A model generated the notes under the pieces. It ran no database searches, was not told where the DNA came from, and worked only from the letters and a program-made list of their open reading frames with translations. A DNA stretch of 64,000 nucleotides from Octopus sinensis (Eukaryota): positions 153,946,001 to 154,010,000 of the forward strand of contig NC_042998.1 in assembly GCF_006345805.1 (NCBI RefSeq), written 5' to 3'. Below, in pieces: positions 11,840 to 26,703 of the stretch. A program made the position numbers and the translations under genes. The stretch's first letter is position 1, and the number at the start of each line of letters is the position of its first letter.

Positions 11840-12099
11840 AACAATAGCCATCATAACCCACTCAGACGACCTGTGATGTGACTTGTCTTTCATCATACTT
11901 GAAGAAGGTCTATCTTAAAGATCATGACATGGAATTTGGACAGGTGGTAACAGGTTGAAAATATTAAGGGAGATTTTCTATGACCAGATGCCCTTCATGT
12001 TGCTAACCTGCACCAGTTTCCAAGCAAGGTAATATTTTCCCATAGCTAGATATGTTTTCATGAAAGACTGGAAATGAGCAAATATATGATAAAGATAAG

Positions 12100-12716
12100 G
12101 AAGAGAGCTGGCAGAATCAGCATGCCAAGCTAAATCCATTATGTTCTGAATTCCATTGCCTTTTGGGGTTGATAAAATAAGTACCAGTTAAGTACCAGGG
12201 CCCCTCCTGTGAATTTGCTGGCTTGTACCAAAATTGAAATCGATATTACTTGCAAATTTATAAGGTGGCAGGTTGGCAGAATCATTAGCATGCCAAGCAG
12301 AATGATTAGAAGCATTTTGTTCATCTTAACATTCTGAGTTTAAATTCTGCTGAGGTTGACTTTAACTTTAATCCTTTCAGTGTGAATAAAATAAGAACCA
12401 GTGAAGTACTGGAGTTAATGTAATCAACTAGCCCCCTTCCTTGGACTTGCTGGCCTTGTGCCAAAATTTGAAACCAATATTACATGCACATTTTAAGGTG
12501 GTGAGCCGATAGAATTGTTAAGCACACTGGGCAAAATGTTTAGTAACATTTCATCCATCTTTACGTTCTGAGTTCAAATTCTGCCATGGTCACTTTTGCT
12601 TTTCATCTTTTTTGAGGTTGATAAAATAAGTACCAGTTGAGCACTGGGGTCAATGTAATCGATTCACCTCTTCCCTGAATTTGCTGACCTTATTCCAAAA
12701 TTTGAAATCAATATTA
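12100..12716 (+). mobile_element. Three head-to-tail degenerate tRNA-derived SINEs
   Basis: Each has an A-box-like tggcagaatc, two retain a B-box-like gagttcaaattc, and each has gataaaataagtaccagt and an aaaatttgaaa..aatatt end. Units start near 12100, 12261 and 12494. Confidence 0.75.
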
Positions 12717-14397
12717 CTAGCAAGTTTAACTCTTGTATTTGAATAGCTAACATGAAAGTATATAGAAAACTTGCAAAGCAATATGAGTTTACCAGTACAG
12801 TAAATAAAAAAAATATAAATGGTAACCTCATTTCACTCACTAATGCATGAAAGTGCAACTGTTATGATACATGCACATGGTCACACACCACCTGAACTCA
12901 CATTATTTGACCTCACTGTTCCCAAAACCATTCTCACTCTTAACCTCTAAAGGTCCAACCACTTATACATAATATAGATTAATTTATAATATGCTCTAAA
13001 TTAATCTAGATTTATTATGAGAAATGAATAAAATATATAAGTAAATTGTCATTGATAAAAACTAAGCTAAAGATAGCCTGCATTATTACATATTTTATAG
13101 ATATAGATTAGTAGATAATGAATAATACAAAAACAAGCGAGTGTAAGTCGTGACCCGTGGACTTCTTTGCTCACTACGTCACAAAAATACATATCTAACG
13201 TTCATGATTTAGAAGATAAAAATTGCCAGTAAATTTCATAATTTTTAAACAAACCAACTAAAAGCAATGTTGAAACGAAATAATTGTGCCAGTTTAATTA
13301 TACTAGTGTTGTTAATCAGCAGCAGCTATTAACTGATTGTTAAAAGTGAGACCACTTAATTTAGTTTTGAAGATCAAGTAACGCAGAGAGTAACCGGAAC
13401 TTACAAACTCCATTATTTTTATAATTTGTTGAAGTATTAGGTAAGTTAAATCAGATTTGACACAAATAATTTTCAGGTTTATAAGTTAATTCAAACTTTC
13501 TGTCATTGTTTTACTTCAGGTTTGACCGAGGAGATCGATGATTTACGGCGGTCCAGCCCTTCTAATTTTTTTTTTTAGTTTCTATATGGTCACATTTAAG
13601 CTAATGTAACGTGTACTTTTTTAAAGATTTGATAGAGTTATAATTTCAATGAGATTTGGCTGTTAGTTCTATTAGGGTGACCGATCGCTCGCACTTTGGT
13701 TTGTCTGCCTTCTGCTGTTTACCTCTTCATCAGTTCTGATCAGACAGACCTTGTGCTTCAAATGTATTCTCTCTTGATCCCATTACTCAAGAAGGTGGTA
13801 TATGATTTGAGAAAGATTTGGCTACTATTTCTAGGGAGTCGAGGCTTAAAAAAAAAAAAGGATTTGAATCTGTTATCTATTTATTACGGAGTGAGTGAGT
13901 GAGTGAGAGAGAGAGAGAGAGAATTGTATGCGTTAACAAATTTGTTTGAGATCTAACTTTTTATCTGTGATGGAATTTCGTTGACTGATAAATTATTGTA
14001 GATATTTACAAGTAATCCAGGCGATGGAAATCAGCAACAGATATACTAGTTATTTATACTATTCAATTTCGTCTTATTCTGTACAAAGTTCCTATCTTTC
14101 TATAGTCTATAAAATAAACAATATGCAAGCAATTGACGACTACTTGTGAATGTAGTATATAGTATAATTCTAGATTCAACGTCCGAAATAACGGATATAG
14201 TTTCTAGAGAGAGACGAGATTTAACTCAGGGCCTACGTCTTTCATTCTGTTTAATTTTTATTTATTCGGCGGTGTTTCGGTGTTTATTTATTCGGTGGTC
14301 AGATAACGTCAAATTTCTAACAATTTAACTCATTTATTAACTTCTGAATCTTGGAATATTCTGAGTTCTGCAAACTTTTTCCTAATTTAGTTATGGC

Positions 14398-14770
14398 TTC
14401 AGATTTTGTACAAGACCAGCAATTTCAATTATTATCTTCTCCCCAGTGTTCAACTGGTACGTATATTATCGATTCTCGAAAGCAAAGTCCACTTCGGTAG
14501 CATTTAAAGTTATAAGATCGTAAAGCCGGAAGAAATGCTGCTCAATATTTTGTCCGACATGTTAACGATTCTGCTAACCAACCAACAACCTTCGGTTTCA
14601 GATTTTAGCACAAAGCCAGCAATTTCGGGGGCGGGGATAAGTCGATTGCATCGACTAATGTACTCAATTAGTATATATTTTATTGAATCCAAAAGGCTAA
14701 AAGGCAAAGTTGATCCCGGCGTTATTTGAACTGAGAACGTAATGGAAGAAATTCTGCCTCTTTGCTGCAT
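14398..14770 (-). mobile_element. Two head-to-tail SINEs of the same family as 12100-12716
   Basis: The reverse complement reproduces the same motifs twice. Confidence 0.7.
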
Positions 14771-14936
14771 TGAGGTTAGCAATACATATTAAACTCGTAA
14801 CCGGTAATTTAGTGTTATGTATGTATGTATGTGTGTGTAACGGGAAAGTTTACGAAAATAAACAAAAGACGAAGGCAGGTGGAGTACAAGCAAACAAATG
14901 TATTAGTATAGCGTTCAGGAATAGAAATAGAAAAGG

Positions 14937-14974
14937 TCTTTTACGTTTCGAGCCTACGCTCTTCGACGGAGAGA
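14937..14974 (-). ncRNA. Degenerate minimal type I hammerhead ribozyme (PLE terminus)
   Basis: TCTCT-CCGTCGA-A-GAGC GTAG GCTC-GAAAC-GT-A-AAAGA. The 5' core is mutated from CTGANGA. Confidence 0.5.
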
Positions 14975-15019
14975 TACACAAAAAAAAAAAAACGGAGAGA
15001 AAAAATGCGTGTAGGAGCA

Positions 15020-15057
15020 TATATGTGAGTATATATATGCATGTATGTATATATATG

Positions 15058-15098
<41 letters not shown>

Positions 15099-15175
15099 GT
15101 GTATATATATACATATATATATATATATGTGTATATATACATATGTACATATGTATATATGTATGTATGTATATG

Positions 15176-15206
<31 letters not shown>

Positions 15207-15281
15207 GTATATATATATGTATATGTATGTATATTTGTGTGTATATATATGTGGGTATATATATGTATATATACATACATG

Positions 15282-15315
<34 letters not shown>

Positions 15316-15546
15316 CATACATATATATATATTGGTAAAAGCGGTAAGATAACAAAAGAAAGAAAGAGACTTCAATATTATGTAAATAGAGGAAATTTAG
15401 CTGTAAATTAATATGTGACATTTATACTATAGCCTAGATAAAACTTGGAGTTTCGGGAAGAGATGGTGTTGTGGATTTCCACATCGGTATCCGAAACTCA
15501 TAGTTTTATCTTGGCTATTGTATAATTGTCACATATTAATTTACAG

Positions 15547-15610
<64 letters not shown>

Positions 15611-16194
15611 TGTGGTGTGTGTGTATGTATATATATATGTATGTATATGTGTTGTATATATATATATGTATGTATATATATATGTATGTTATATATATAT
15701 AGGTGTATGTATATATATATATATATGTGTGTATATATATATATATATTGTGTATATATATATATGTGTATGTATATATATATATATTGTATGTATATAT
15801 ATATATATATGTGTGGTATTATATATATATATATGTGTATATATATATATATATGTGTTATATATATATATATATATAATGTATGTATGTATTATATATA
15901 TATATATGTATGTATGTATATATAATATATGTATGTATGTATATATATATATGTGTGTATGTATATATATAATATATGTGTGTATGTTATATATATATAT
16001 GTGTTGTATGTATATATATATATATATGTGTTGAGTATATATATATATTATATGTGTGTATGTATATTATATATATATGGTATGATATATATATATGTAT
16101 GTATATATATATATGTATGTATATATATATATATATGTTTATATATATATATATGTATGTATATATTATATGTATGTATATATATATATGTATG

Positions 16195-16227
<33 letters not shown>

Positions 16228-16402
16228 GTATGTATATTATATATATATGTATGTATATATATATATATGTATGTATATTATATATTTATGTATATATATA
16301 TATGTATGTATATATATATATATGTATGTATATATATATATATGTATGTATATATTATATGTATGTATATACATATATATGTATGTATATATATATAATA
16401 TG

Positions 16403-16433
<31 letters not shown>

Positions 16434-16738
16434 GTATATAGATATATTGTATGTAATATATATAGTTATGTATATATATATATGTATGTATATATATATA
16501 TGTATGTATATATATATATGTATGTATATATATATATGTATGTAGATATATATTATGTATATATATATATGTATGTCTATATATGAATTATATTGTATGT
16601 ATATAATATATATATATGTAATATGTATATTATATATATATGTATATATAAGAATATATATATGTATGTATATATATGAATATATGCATGTATATATATG
16701 AATATATGTTATGTATATATATGTATGTATATATATGA

Positions 16739-16772
<34 letters not shown>

Positions 16773-17322
16773 GTATATATGTATGTATATATATATAAGA
16801 TATATATGTATATATATATTATATATATATAATATGTATATATATTGTATGTATATATAGATATATGTATGTATATATATATGTATGTATATATATATAT
16901 GTATATATATATAAATGTCTGTATATATATATATGTATGTAATATATATATGTATATATATATAAATGTATGTATATATATATATGTATATATATATATA
17001 AATGTATGTATAATATATATGTATATATATATAATAATGCATGTAATATATATATGTATATATAATAATATATATGTATGTATATATATATGTATGTATA
17101 TATATATTATGTATATATATATATGTAGTATATATATTGTATGTATATATATATATGTATGTATATATATATATGGATATATATTGTATATATATATATA
17201 TATATGTATTATCGATTATATGTATATATGTATGTATATATTATATATATATGTATATATGTATAATTATATTATATATATATATGTATTATATATTGTA
17301 TGTATATATATATATATGTATA

Positions 17323-17354
<32 letters not shown>

Positions 17355-17618
17355 TGTATATATATATGTATATATATGTGTATATAGATATATGTATATA
17401 TGTATGTATATATATATGTATATATGTATGTATATATATATGTAATATATATGTATGTATATATTATGTTATATATATGTATATATATATGTATGTTATA
17501 TATGTATATATATAATATATATGTATATATATATGTATATATTATATATATATATGTATTATATATATATTAGTATATATATATATGTATTATATATATA
17601 TGTTATATATTATATATG

Positions 17619-17649
<31 letters not shown>

Positions 17650-17771
17650 GTATATATATATGTGTATATATATGTTATATATTATATAATATAATATGTA
17701 TGTATATATGTATTATAATATGGTATTATATATATGTATGTATATATGTATGTATATAATATATGTATGAG

Positions 17772-17814
<43 letters not shown>

Positions 17815-18280
17815 CTAATATTTATATAGTATATGTATGTATGATATATGTATGTGTATATATGTATGTATGTATATATATGTATTATGTATATTAGTAT
17901 GTATGTATATATATATATGTATGTATATATATGTATATATATATTGTATATATATATAGTATATATATATATTATGTGTATATATATATATATGTATGTA
18001 TGTATATATATATTATGTATATAGTATGTATGTATATATATATGTATGTATATATATATAGTATGTATATATATATGTATATATTATATGTATATATATA
18101 TATGTATATATATATATGTATATATATATATGTATATATATATGGTATATATATATATGTATATATATATATGTATATATATATATGTATAGTAATATAT
18201 ATGTATGTATATAAATGTATGTATTATATATGTATATATATATGTATGTATTATAATATGTATGTATATATATAGATATG

Positions 18281-18320
<40 letters not shown>

Positions 18321-18460
18321 TATATGTATGTATATAATATGTATGTATATATATATGTATTATATATAATATGTATATATATATAAATGTATGTATATAT
18401 TAAATGTATGTATATATATATATTGTATGTATATATATAGTATATATATATAAATGTATG

Positions 18461-18492
<32 letters not shown>

Positions 18493-18555
18493 TGTATGTT
18501 ATATATATATATTATGTATATATATATATATGTATATATATATATGTATGTATAT

Positions 18556-18590
<35 letters not shown>

Positions 18591-18600
18591 TATATGTATG

Positions 18601-18635
<35 letters not shown>

Positions 18636-18685
18636 GTATGATATGTATGTATATATATATATATATATGTATGTATATATATATG

Positions 18686-18716
<31 letters not shown>

Positions 18717-18967
18717 GTTATATATATCTATATATATATGTATATATATATATAATATGTATGTATATATATATATATATATAAATGTATGTATAATATA
18801 TATGTAGATATATATATGTATGTAATATATATAATTATATATATATATATGATATATATATATAGTATGTATATGTGGTCTTATTATTTTGATGTATATA
18901 TAGTAGGTAATATATATATATATGTATGTTATATATATGTATATATATATGTATATATCTTATTATG

Positions 18968-18998
<31 letters not shown>

Positions 18999-19807
18999 GT
19001 AATATATTGTATATATATATATGTATATATATGTATATCTATGATATATAGTATATATATATCTATATTATATATATGTATAATATAGATATTATATATT
19101 ATAGTATATATATATATGTATATATATATATATGTATATATATGTATATATATATATGTATATATATGTAATATATATATGTTATATATATCTGTATGTA
19201 TTATATGTATGTATATATTATGTATGTATATATGTATGTATGTATATATGTATGTATGTATATATGTATGTATGTATATATGTATGTATGTATATAGTAT
19301 ATATGTATGTATATATATAGTATGTATATATTATAGTATGTATATTATATATATGTTGTATATAGTATGTATGTATATTATATGTATGTATATATATATT
19401 ATAATATATATGTATGTATATATATATGTATATATATATATGTATATATATATATGTAATGTATATATATATATATATATGTATTATATATATGTAATTA
19501 TATATATATTTAATATATATATATATATATTCTGTTGTATATATATATGTATATATATATATTATAATATATATGTTATATATATATATGTATGTATATA
19601 TATATATATGTATATATATATGTATATATATATATGTATGTATATATAATGTATATATTATATGTATTATATTTATATATATATATGTATGTATATATAT
19701 ATGTAGTATATATATATGTATGTATATATATATGTATATATATATGTATGTATATATATATATGTATGTATGTATGTATGTATATATGGTATATATATAT
19801 GTATGTA

Positions 19808-19840
<33 letters not shown>

Positions 19841-20440
19841 ATTATATGTATGTATGTATGTATGTATGTATATATATATATATTATATATATATGTGTAT
19901 GTTATATATATGTATGTATGTATGTATGTAATAGTATGTACTATTATATATGATGGATGTATTATATTGTATGTATATATTATATATGTATGTATATATG
20001 TATGTATATATATATATGTATGGTATATATGTATGTATATATATATATATGTATGTAATATATGTATATATATATATAGTGTATATAATGTATGTATATA
20101 TATATATATGTATGTGTATATATGTATGTTATATATCTATGTGTATATATATATATATGTATGTATATATATATGTATGTATATATATATGTATGTATAT
20201 ATATAGTATGTATATATATATGTATGTATATATATATGTATGTATATGATATTATGTATGTATGTATATATGATATGTAGTTATATATATGTATTATATA
20301 TATAGGATGTATATATATATGTATATATTATGTAATATATATGTATGTATATATATATTATGTATATATAATGTATGTATATATATGTATGTATATATGT
20401 ATGTATATATATATGTTATATATATATGTATCAAAACTAA
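15020..20440. repeat. About 5.4 kb compound (TA)n/(TATG)n microsatellite, interrupted at about 15330-15550
   Basis: Visible simple repeat; source of the Y/I/M/C-rich pseudo-ORFs. Confidence 0.97.
15401..15546. repeat. 56-bp inverted repeat around a hammerhead-like remnant
   Basis: Arms 15401-15456 and 15491-15546. The spacer holds GAAGA and a TGTGG-ATTT-CCACA hairpin, followed by CCGAAAC. Confidence 0.75.
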
Positions 20441-20769
20441 AATCATTGAACAAGCAAATACAAGTCAACCGCATGTCATTTCATAATTCGAACATTTAAT
20501 TATAGAATAAACATATAACCCGCAAGATGGAACAAAATTCATATGTACAGCACGTAATAATAATATGGTTTGGTGCGAGAAAAGTTTTATCATTAAAAAT
20601 TTAGAATTAATATTTTAGCGATTCAAAGAGAATACATTTATAAAAGACGTAGAAAGTAAAATATAATATAAGTAATATATAAAAAATATATAGGTATATA
20701 AAAATATAGGCATATAAAAATATATAAAACATATATACTATATAATACATATAGGAGCATATAAAAAGT

Positions 20770-21320
20770 AATATAATATATAATATCACTGGCATCGTGC
20801 TGTGGGCACATAACAAACACCATCCGGTCGTGGCCGTTCGCCAGCCTAATCTAGCACCTGTGTCGGTGGCACATAAAAACACCATCCGAAGACCCGGCAA
20901 TACTAGTCAGGCCATAAACCATGGCCCCTACCTGGGACGTAGTCAGTCCACCTGTGCATACCTCCTCCTTGTGATACTTGTGAAGGCCTGTTGAGGCAAG
21001 TGAAAATCAAAATCAAAATCAAATCAAAACAAATCACAATAGATGAACATCAATGGAATTTGTATCTTTGTGGTACAGTGCCGTGGCACACAAGAGAAAA
21101 CCATCCGAAAGTGGCCGTAGCCAGTACTGCATCGACTGGCCTCCGTGCTGTGGGCACATCCGAAAGTGGCCGTAGCCAGTACACCGCATCGACTGGCCTC
21201 CGTGCTGTGGGCCATGACAAACACCATCCGATCGTGGCCGTTCGCCAGCCTCATCTAGCACCTGTGTTGGTGGCACATAAAAACACCATCCGAAGACCCG
21301 GCAGACTAGTCAGGCCATAA
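20770..21320 (+). repeat. RTE 3'-UTR-type internal repeat array next to an assembly gap
   Basis: Repeated ggcacataaaaacaccatccg modules, plus tgttgaggcaagtgaaaatcaaaatc shared with the RTE 3' UTR at about 36820. Confidence 0.65.
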
Positions 21321-21420
21321 NNNNNNNNNNNNNNNNNNNNNNNNNNNNNNNNNNNNNNNNNNNNNNNNNNNNNNNNNNNNNNNNNNNNNNNNNNNNNNNN
21401 NNNNNNNNNNNNNNNNNNNN
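21321..21420. other. Assembly gap (100 N)
   Basis: Run of N. Confidence 1.
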
Positions 21421-23510
21421 GAAGCAGCACAGGTGAAAGATATTTAGGCGACGCTCTTGGCATGTGTATGGCATCCAAGTCTCACTTCCATACAGTAGAG
21501 TGCTAAGTACACATGCCTGGTAAATCTTCGTTTATGTGATCTTGGTCAGCTTATTGTTGTCCCATGCCCATTTGGAGAGTTGGGCCATCACAGCAGCTGC
21601 CTTGCCAATGCGTATATTGAGCTCAGCATCAAGAGATAGGTTGTAGGTGACGGTAGAGCCAAGATAGGTAAATTTCTCCACCTCCTGTAGTCTGTGGTCT
21701 GCAATATCTATGTTTGGGGTGACCGATGTAGCCTGACCCATGATGTTGGTCGTCTTGAGGCTGATAACTAAGCCAAAGTTGCCACATGCTTGCTCAAAAC
21801 AGTTGATGAACCTTTGTAGGGCTTCTTGTGCATGTGATACCAGAGCGGCATCATCAGCAAATAGCATCTCCTTGATTAGGACGCTTCTGATTTTGGTCTT
21901 GGCACACAGACACAAGATATTGAACAGTTTCCCATCACTTCTACTGTGCAGAAACACTCCATTATCGATGTGCTCAAAGGCATGTGTCAGCAGCAGCGAG
22001 AAGATGATGCCAAACAATGTAGGAGCAAGGACACAACCTTGCTTTACCCCATTTTTTATTTGGAAGGTGGCTGATGTTGAACCATTGTGCTGTATGGTGC
22101 CTTGCATATCATCATGGAAAGATTTGATGATCCTCAGCAGCTTTGGTGGACATCCTATTTTTTGGAGCAGGAGGAAGAGGCCTTTTCTACTTACCAAGTC
22201 AAAGGCACTTGTCAGATCAATGAAGGCCATATATAATGACATTTTTTGCTCTCTGGACTTCTCCTGAAGGTGGCATATGGAGAATATCATGTCAATAGTT
22301 GATCTGCTTCTTCTAAAGGCACACTGCAACTCTGGATAAATTCGAGAAGCAAGCAGATGAAGCCTGGACAGGATAATGCGAGCAAAGGCCTTTCCAACAG
22401 TGCTTAGAAGAGATATTCCACGGTAATTGTTACAATCACCACGGTCACCTTTGTACTCTCTTCCCAGCACTGACACAGAAGCTCATGAAGGTGCCAAAGC
22501 AGGATGGTGTTTTTGCTTGTTTTGATGATCTCTAAAGGGATGTCGTTTTTTCCCTGAGCCTTGTTACTTGCTAGAGAGTCAATAGCCTTGGTGAGCTCTG
22601 CTATAGAAGGCAGACTGTCAACTTTGCACATGACTGGCAAGATCTTGACACCCTCGATTGCAGCCTCAGCTACCGTGGTCTCCTGTGAGTAGAGATCCTG
22701 GTTGTACTCCACCCAACTATCCATTTGCTTGCTTTGGTCCTTGATGAGATCCCCAGTAGTTAATTTCAGAGGGGCTGACTTGGTTGCGGATGGACCGAGA
22801 GCCTTCTTCAAACCGGCATACATCCTACGGGTGTCGCCACTGTCAGCAGTTGACTGGATACTCTGACAAATTTCCTGCCCATACCTATTTGCACAGCGTC
22901 TGGCAGTCAGTTGGGTTTTATTTCTTGCCTTTCTGAGTTCTTCAAGTGACTTTGTAGAAGAATCACTCTTGTATTGCATCAGAGCTGCACGCTTTGCTTC
23001 GATAACTGGTTCCAGCTCTGAGAGACCAGCACTGAGCCAATCTGGGTTTTGCCTTTCTCTCATGCCGAAAGTATCTATTGATGTCGTATACAAAGCTTCC
23101 CTGATATAATTCCACCTACTTTCAGCAGAGGTTGGGCAGCTACTGAGGGCAACCTTGAGAGAAGCAGCAAAACATTGTCGCAGGGTAGGGTCCGAGGTTC
23201 TGGCAGTGTTAATGCATGGTCGGCCCATTTTCTTGGAGTGATGGACTTTTTTAGGCAGAATCCTCATCCTGCTTCTTATTAGTGAATGATCTGTGTCACA
23301 ATCCGCGCTGTGGTAACTATGGGTCAGTTGAACAGAGTTTAGAAAGGATCTTTGTGTAATGATGAGATCCAGCTGATGCCAGTGGTGAGATCTTGGATGT
23401 CTCCAAGATGCATTGAGGGATGTCTTGTTGAAAAAGAATGTGTTAGTGATGCACAGGTTATGGTATGTGCAAAATTCACGTCATCTCTGACCATTGTCAT
23501 TTATGTTGCT
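21421..23510 (-). mobile_element. RTE/BovB-like LINE fragment (end of endonuclease through RT)
   Basis: NYRGISLLSTVGKAFARI, QCAFRRSRSTIDMIF, FIDLTSAFD, GVKQGCVLAPTLF, LFADDAAL, FTYLGS. Confidence 0.93.
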
Positions 23511-23679
23511 AATACCAAAACACATACACTTATATACATACATATATATATATACAATTGATTTGTTTCAGTTCCTGTCTACGTAATACATGTATACACA
23601 CACACACACACACATACACAAAGATAAATTGATAGATACAACTGAGTGGGCAAGGAAAAATATGAGAGTCTGTGTAGTG

Positions 23680-23990
23680 CTTTTTTATATTTTCATAAGC
23701 CTGGTACTTTTTCTATCAGTTTCTTTTTGTGAAACCAGTAAGTTGTGGGGATGTAAATAAACGAACACCAGTTGTGAAGTAGTGATGAGGAAGAAACACA
23801 AAGACACACACATAGACTTACATATATACATACATATACATACAACTGATTTCTTTCAGTTTCTGTCTACAAAATCCCCTGACAAGGCTTTGGTTGGTCT
23901 GAGGCTATAGTAGAAGACACATGCCAAGTTACCACACAGTAGGACTGAACTGAAGACCATGTGTTTTGGAACCAAGTTTGTTACCTGCAC
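23680..23990 (-). mobile_element. Degenerate tRNA-derived SINE (family of 31680-32075)
   Basis: caaggctttggttggtctgaggctatagtagaagacac matches the 31960-31995 copy. Confidence 0.7.
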
Positions 23991-24172
23991 CTATGTGTGT
24001 TTGTGTGTGTGTGTATATGAGTGTATATATATATGCATATATATATGTGTATACATATATATGTACATATTACATGTACATCTATATACATCTAGACATA
24101 CATGTATACACATACATGTATATCATAGAATACATCTATACATACATGTATACATATACAGCTATATATAAC

Positions 24173-24225
<53 letters not shown>

Positions 24226-24254
24226 TATATATATACATACATATACATACAATA

Positions 24255-24493
24255 GAGAGTTGTTTTTGTTTCACTTTTAACATGTAAGACTGAAATAGTG
24301 GAGAAGATATGATATTGCTGTGGGCTCGCCCTAGGTAAGAAGTTAAACATTTTTTTTTGCCCATGACATTCCATGGACCCTAAGTAAGGCATGTGTAAAA
24401 TTTGAATGAAATTGGTTGTGTAGTTCTCAAGTTTTCAGGATTCACACAGACGGACAGACAGCAGACACACATTCTCAGTTTTATATATATAGA
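24255..24493 (-). mobile_element. Helitron-like non-autonomous element, 5' part
   Basis: Minus-strand start A|TCTATATATATAAAA, and subterminal sequence resembles the 1045-1439 and 62122 termini. 3' end not found. Confidence 0.5.
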
Positions 24494-24755
24494 TATTACA
24501 TATATATATATTATTTATAAGGTCCAGCTTGCATCTACTTTGTGCAAGTTCCTCAGACTCTTTGGGAGAATATTAAAAAGCTGTGGTCCCTTGAAACCCA
24601 GTCTGTTGCAGTAACTGGTCCTAAAGCGTGATGGCATTGCTGGGATCTTTGACACTATGCAGTGTCATACATACATAGGCATGTAGGCGTGTATACGTGT
24701 GTATGTGTATATGTGTGCATGTTTGTGTGTGTATATATATATATATATATGTATA

Positions 24756-24788
<33 letters not shown>

Positions 24789-24988
24789 ATATATATATAT
24801 CTACTATTATATATATGTGTGTGTGTGTATGTATATGTGTGTGTATATGTGTGATGTATATGTGTGTGTATATGTATGTGTGTATAGGTGCATATGTTTG
24901 TATATATGTGCGTGTATGTAGTAATGTATGTGTGTGTGTACACGAGTATATATTTATGTGTATGTATATGCATATGTATATGTTTATG

Positions 24989-25051
<63 letters not shown>

Positions 25052-25136
25052 GCATATGTGCGTGTATCTATCTATGTGTGTGTATGTATGTATATGTGTA
25101 TATGTATATATATGTATGCATGTGTGTATTTATGTG

Positions 25137-25171
<35 letters not shown>

Positions 25172-25669
25172 ATGTGTAAGTATGAGTATATGCATATGTA
25201 TGTATGTATATGTGTATATGTATATGTATATATACGTATGCTTGTATATATTTATGTATATGTATATGTGTGTGCGTGTGTATGTGTATGCATGTGTATA
25301 TGCATGTATATATTTATGTATGCGTATGTGTATTTATATATATATATATATGCTTGTATACTTGTGTATGGGTGTATGTATGTGTATATATATATATGTA
25401 TATATATATGTATATGTATGTATATGTATGGACTTAGGTATATATATGTATATGCATGTATATGCATATATATATGTGTATATGTATGTATATGTATGGA
25501 CTTGTAGACTTTTATATATGTATATATATATATATGCATGTGTTTATGTATGTATGTATATGTGTATATGTACGTGTATATATATGTATGCTTGTACGTA
25601 TTTATGTATATGTGTGTGCGTGTGTATGTGTATGTATGCATGTATATATATTGTATGCGTAACTGTATT

Positions 25670-25729
<60 letters not shown>

Positions 25730-25783
25730 TTGTATACTTGTGTATGGGTGTATGTATGTATATATATGTATATATTATATATA

Positions 25784-25815
<32 letters not shown>

Positions 25816-25829
25816 TTATTATATAGAGG

Positions 25830-25880
25830 AGCTTCTACAGGACTAGAACTGTTTCATTCAAGAGAAATCTTCAGGAAGCT
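25830..25880 (-). ncRNA. Type I hammerhead ribozyme (copy A)
   Basis: Exact reverse complement of 26653-26703. Confidence 0.8.
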
Positions 25881-26652
25881 AGTTAACAAGAATTGTATTG
25901 GCATTTATACATTTAGGCAGGTTTAACGGGGTGTTGGTGGGGGACTTTTTTGGGGGTAGGCATAGCACAAAATATCATACTTGGGGGAGTGGTCAAGGAG
26001 TCAGTGTTAAATTAGATAGAAGAATAAATAAAAAAATAAAAAAAATAATAAAATTAAAAAAAAAAAAAAAAAAATGTTTATGTATGTATGTATATGTGTA
26101 TATGTACGTGTATATATATGTATGCTTGTACGTATTTATGTATATGTGTGTGCGTGTGTATGTGTATGCATGTATATATTTATGTATGCGTAACTGTATT
26201 TATATATATTTATTTTTATTATTTTTTTTATTTTTTTATTTATTCTTCTATCTAATTTAACACTGACTCCTTGACCACTCCCCCAAGTATGATATTTTGT
26301 GTTATGCCTACCCCCCAAAAAGTCCCCCACCAACACCCCGTTAAACCTGCCTATTTATTTTTTTATTTTTTATTTTTTTATTTATTATTTTATTATTTTA
26401 TTATTTTATTATATTATTTTTTTATTTTTTTATTTTTTTATTATTTTATTATTTTATTTTTTTTATTATTTTTTAATTATTTTATTATTTTTTTTATTTT
26501 TTTATTTATTCTTCTATCTAATTTAACACTGACTCCTTGACCACTCCCCCAAGTATGATATTTTGTGCTATGCCTACCCCCAAAAAAGTCCCCCACCACA
26601 CCCCCGTTAAACCTGCCTAAATGTATAAATGCCAATACAATTCTTGTTAACT

Positions 26653-26703
26653 AGCTTCCTGAAGATTTCTCTTGAATGAAACAGTTCTAGTCCTGTAGAA
26701 GCT
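26653..26703 (+). ncRNA. Type I hammerhead ribozyme (copy B)
   Basis: AGCTTC-CTGAAGA-TTTC TCTT GAAT-GAA-ACAG TTCTAGTC CTGT-A-GAAGCT: 6-bp stem I, 4-bp stem III, predicted cleavage after GUA at 26697. Confidence 0.8.

Noticed and set aside
13500-13565. Possible short exon (ttttacttcag|G.. GLTEEIDDLRRSSPS, or minus-strand EGLDRRKSSISSVKPE)
   Set aside because: No convincing donor site, partner exon or recognisable protein; cannot be supported without RNA-seq.
13715-13735. Minus-strand CTGATGA
   Set aside because: No GAAA or stems in register, so not a hammerhead.
14770-20486. Dozens of Y/I/M/C-rich ORFs (also at 23959-28164 and 31075-31769)
   Set aside because: They are translations of (TA)/(TATG)/(TG) microsatellites, which have few stop codons in some frames.
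20770-21320. CRISPR-like interspersed direct repeats
   Set aside because: Eukaryotic context, no unique equal-length spacers, no cas genes, and the motifs match RTE 3' UTR repeats. The last copy abuts a gap and may be redundant assembly.
24520-24660. Possible CR1/L2-like LINE 3' fragment (GFKGPQLFNILPKSLRNL on the minus strand); similar words at 2440-2560
   Set aside because: Too short for a confident family call.
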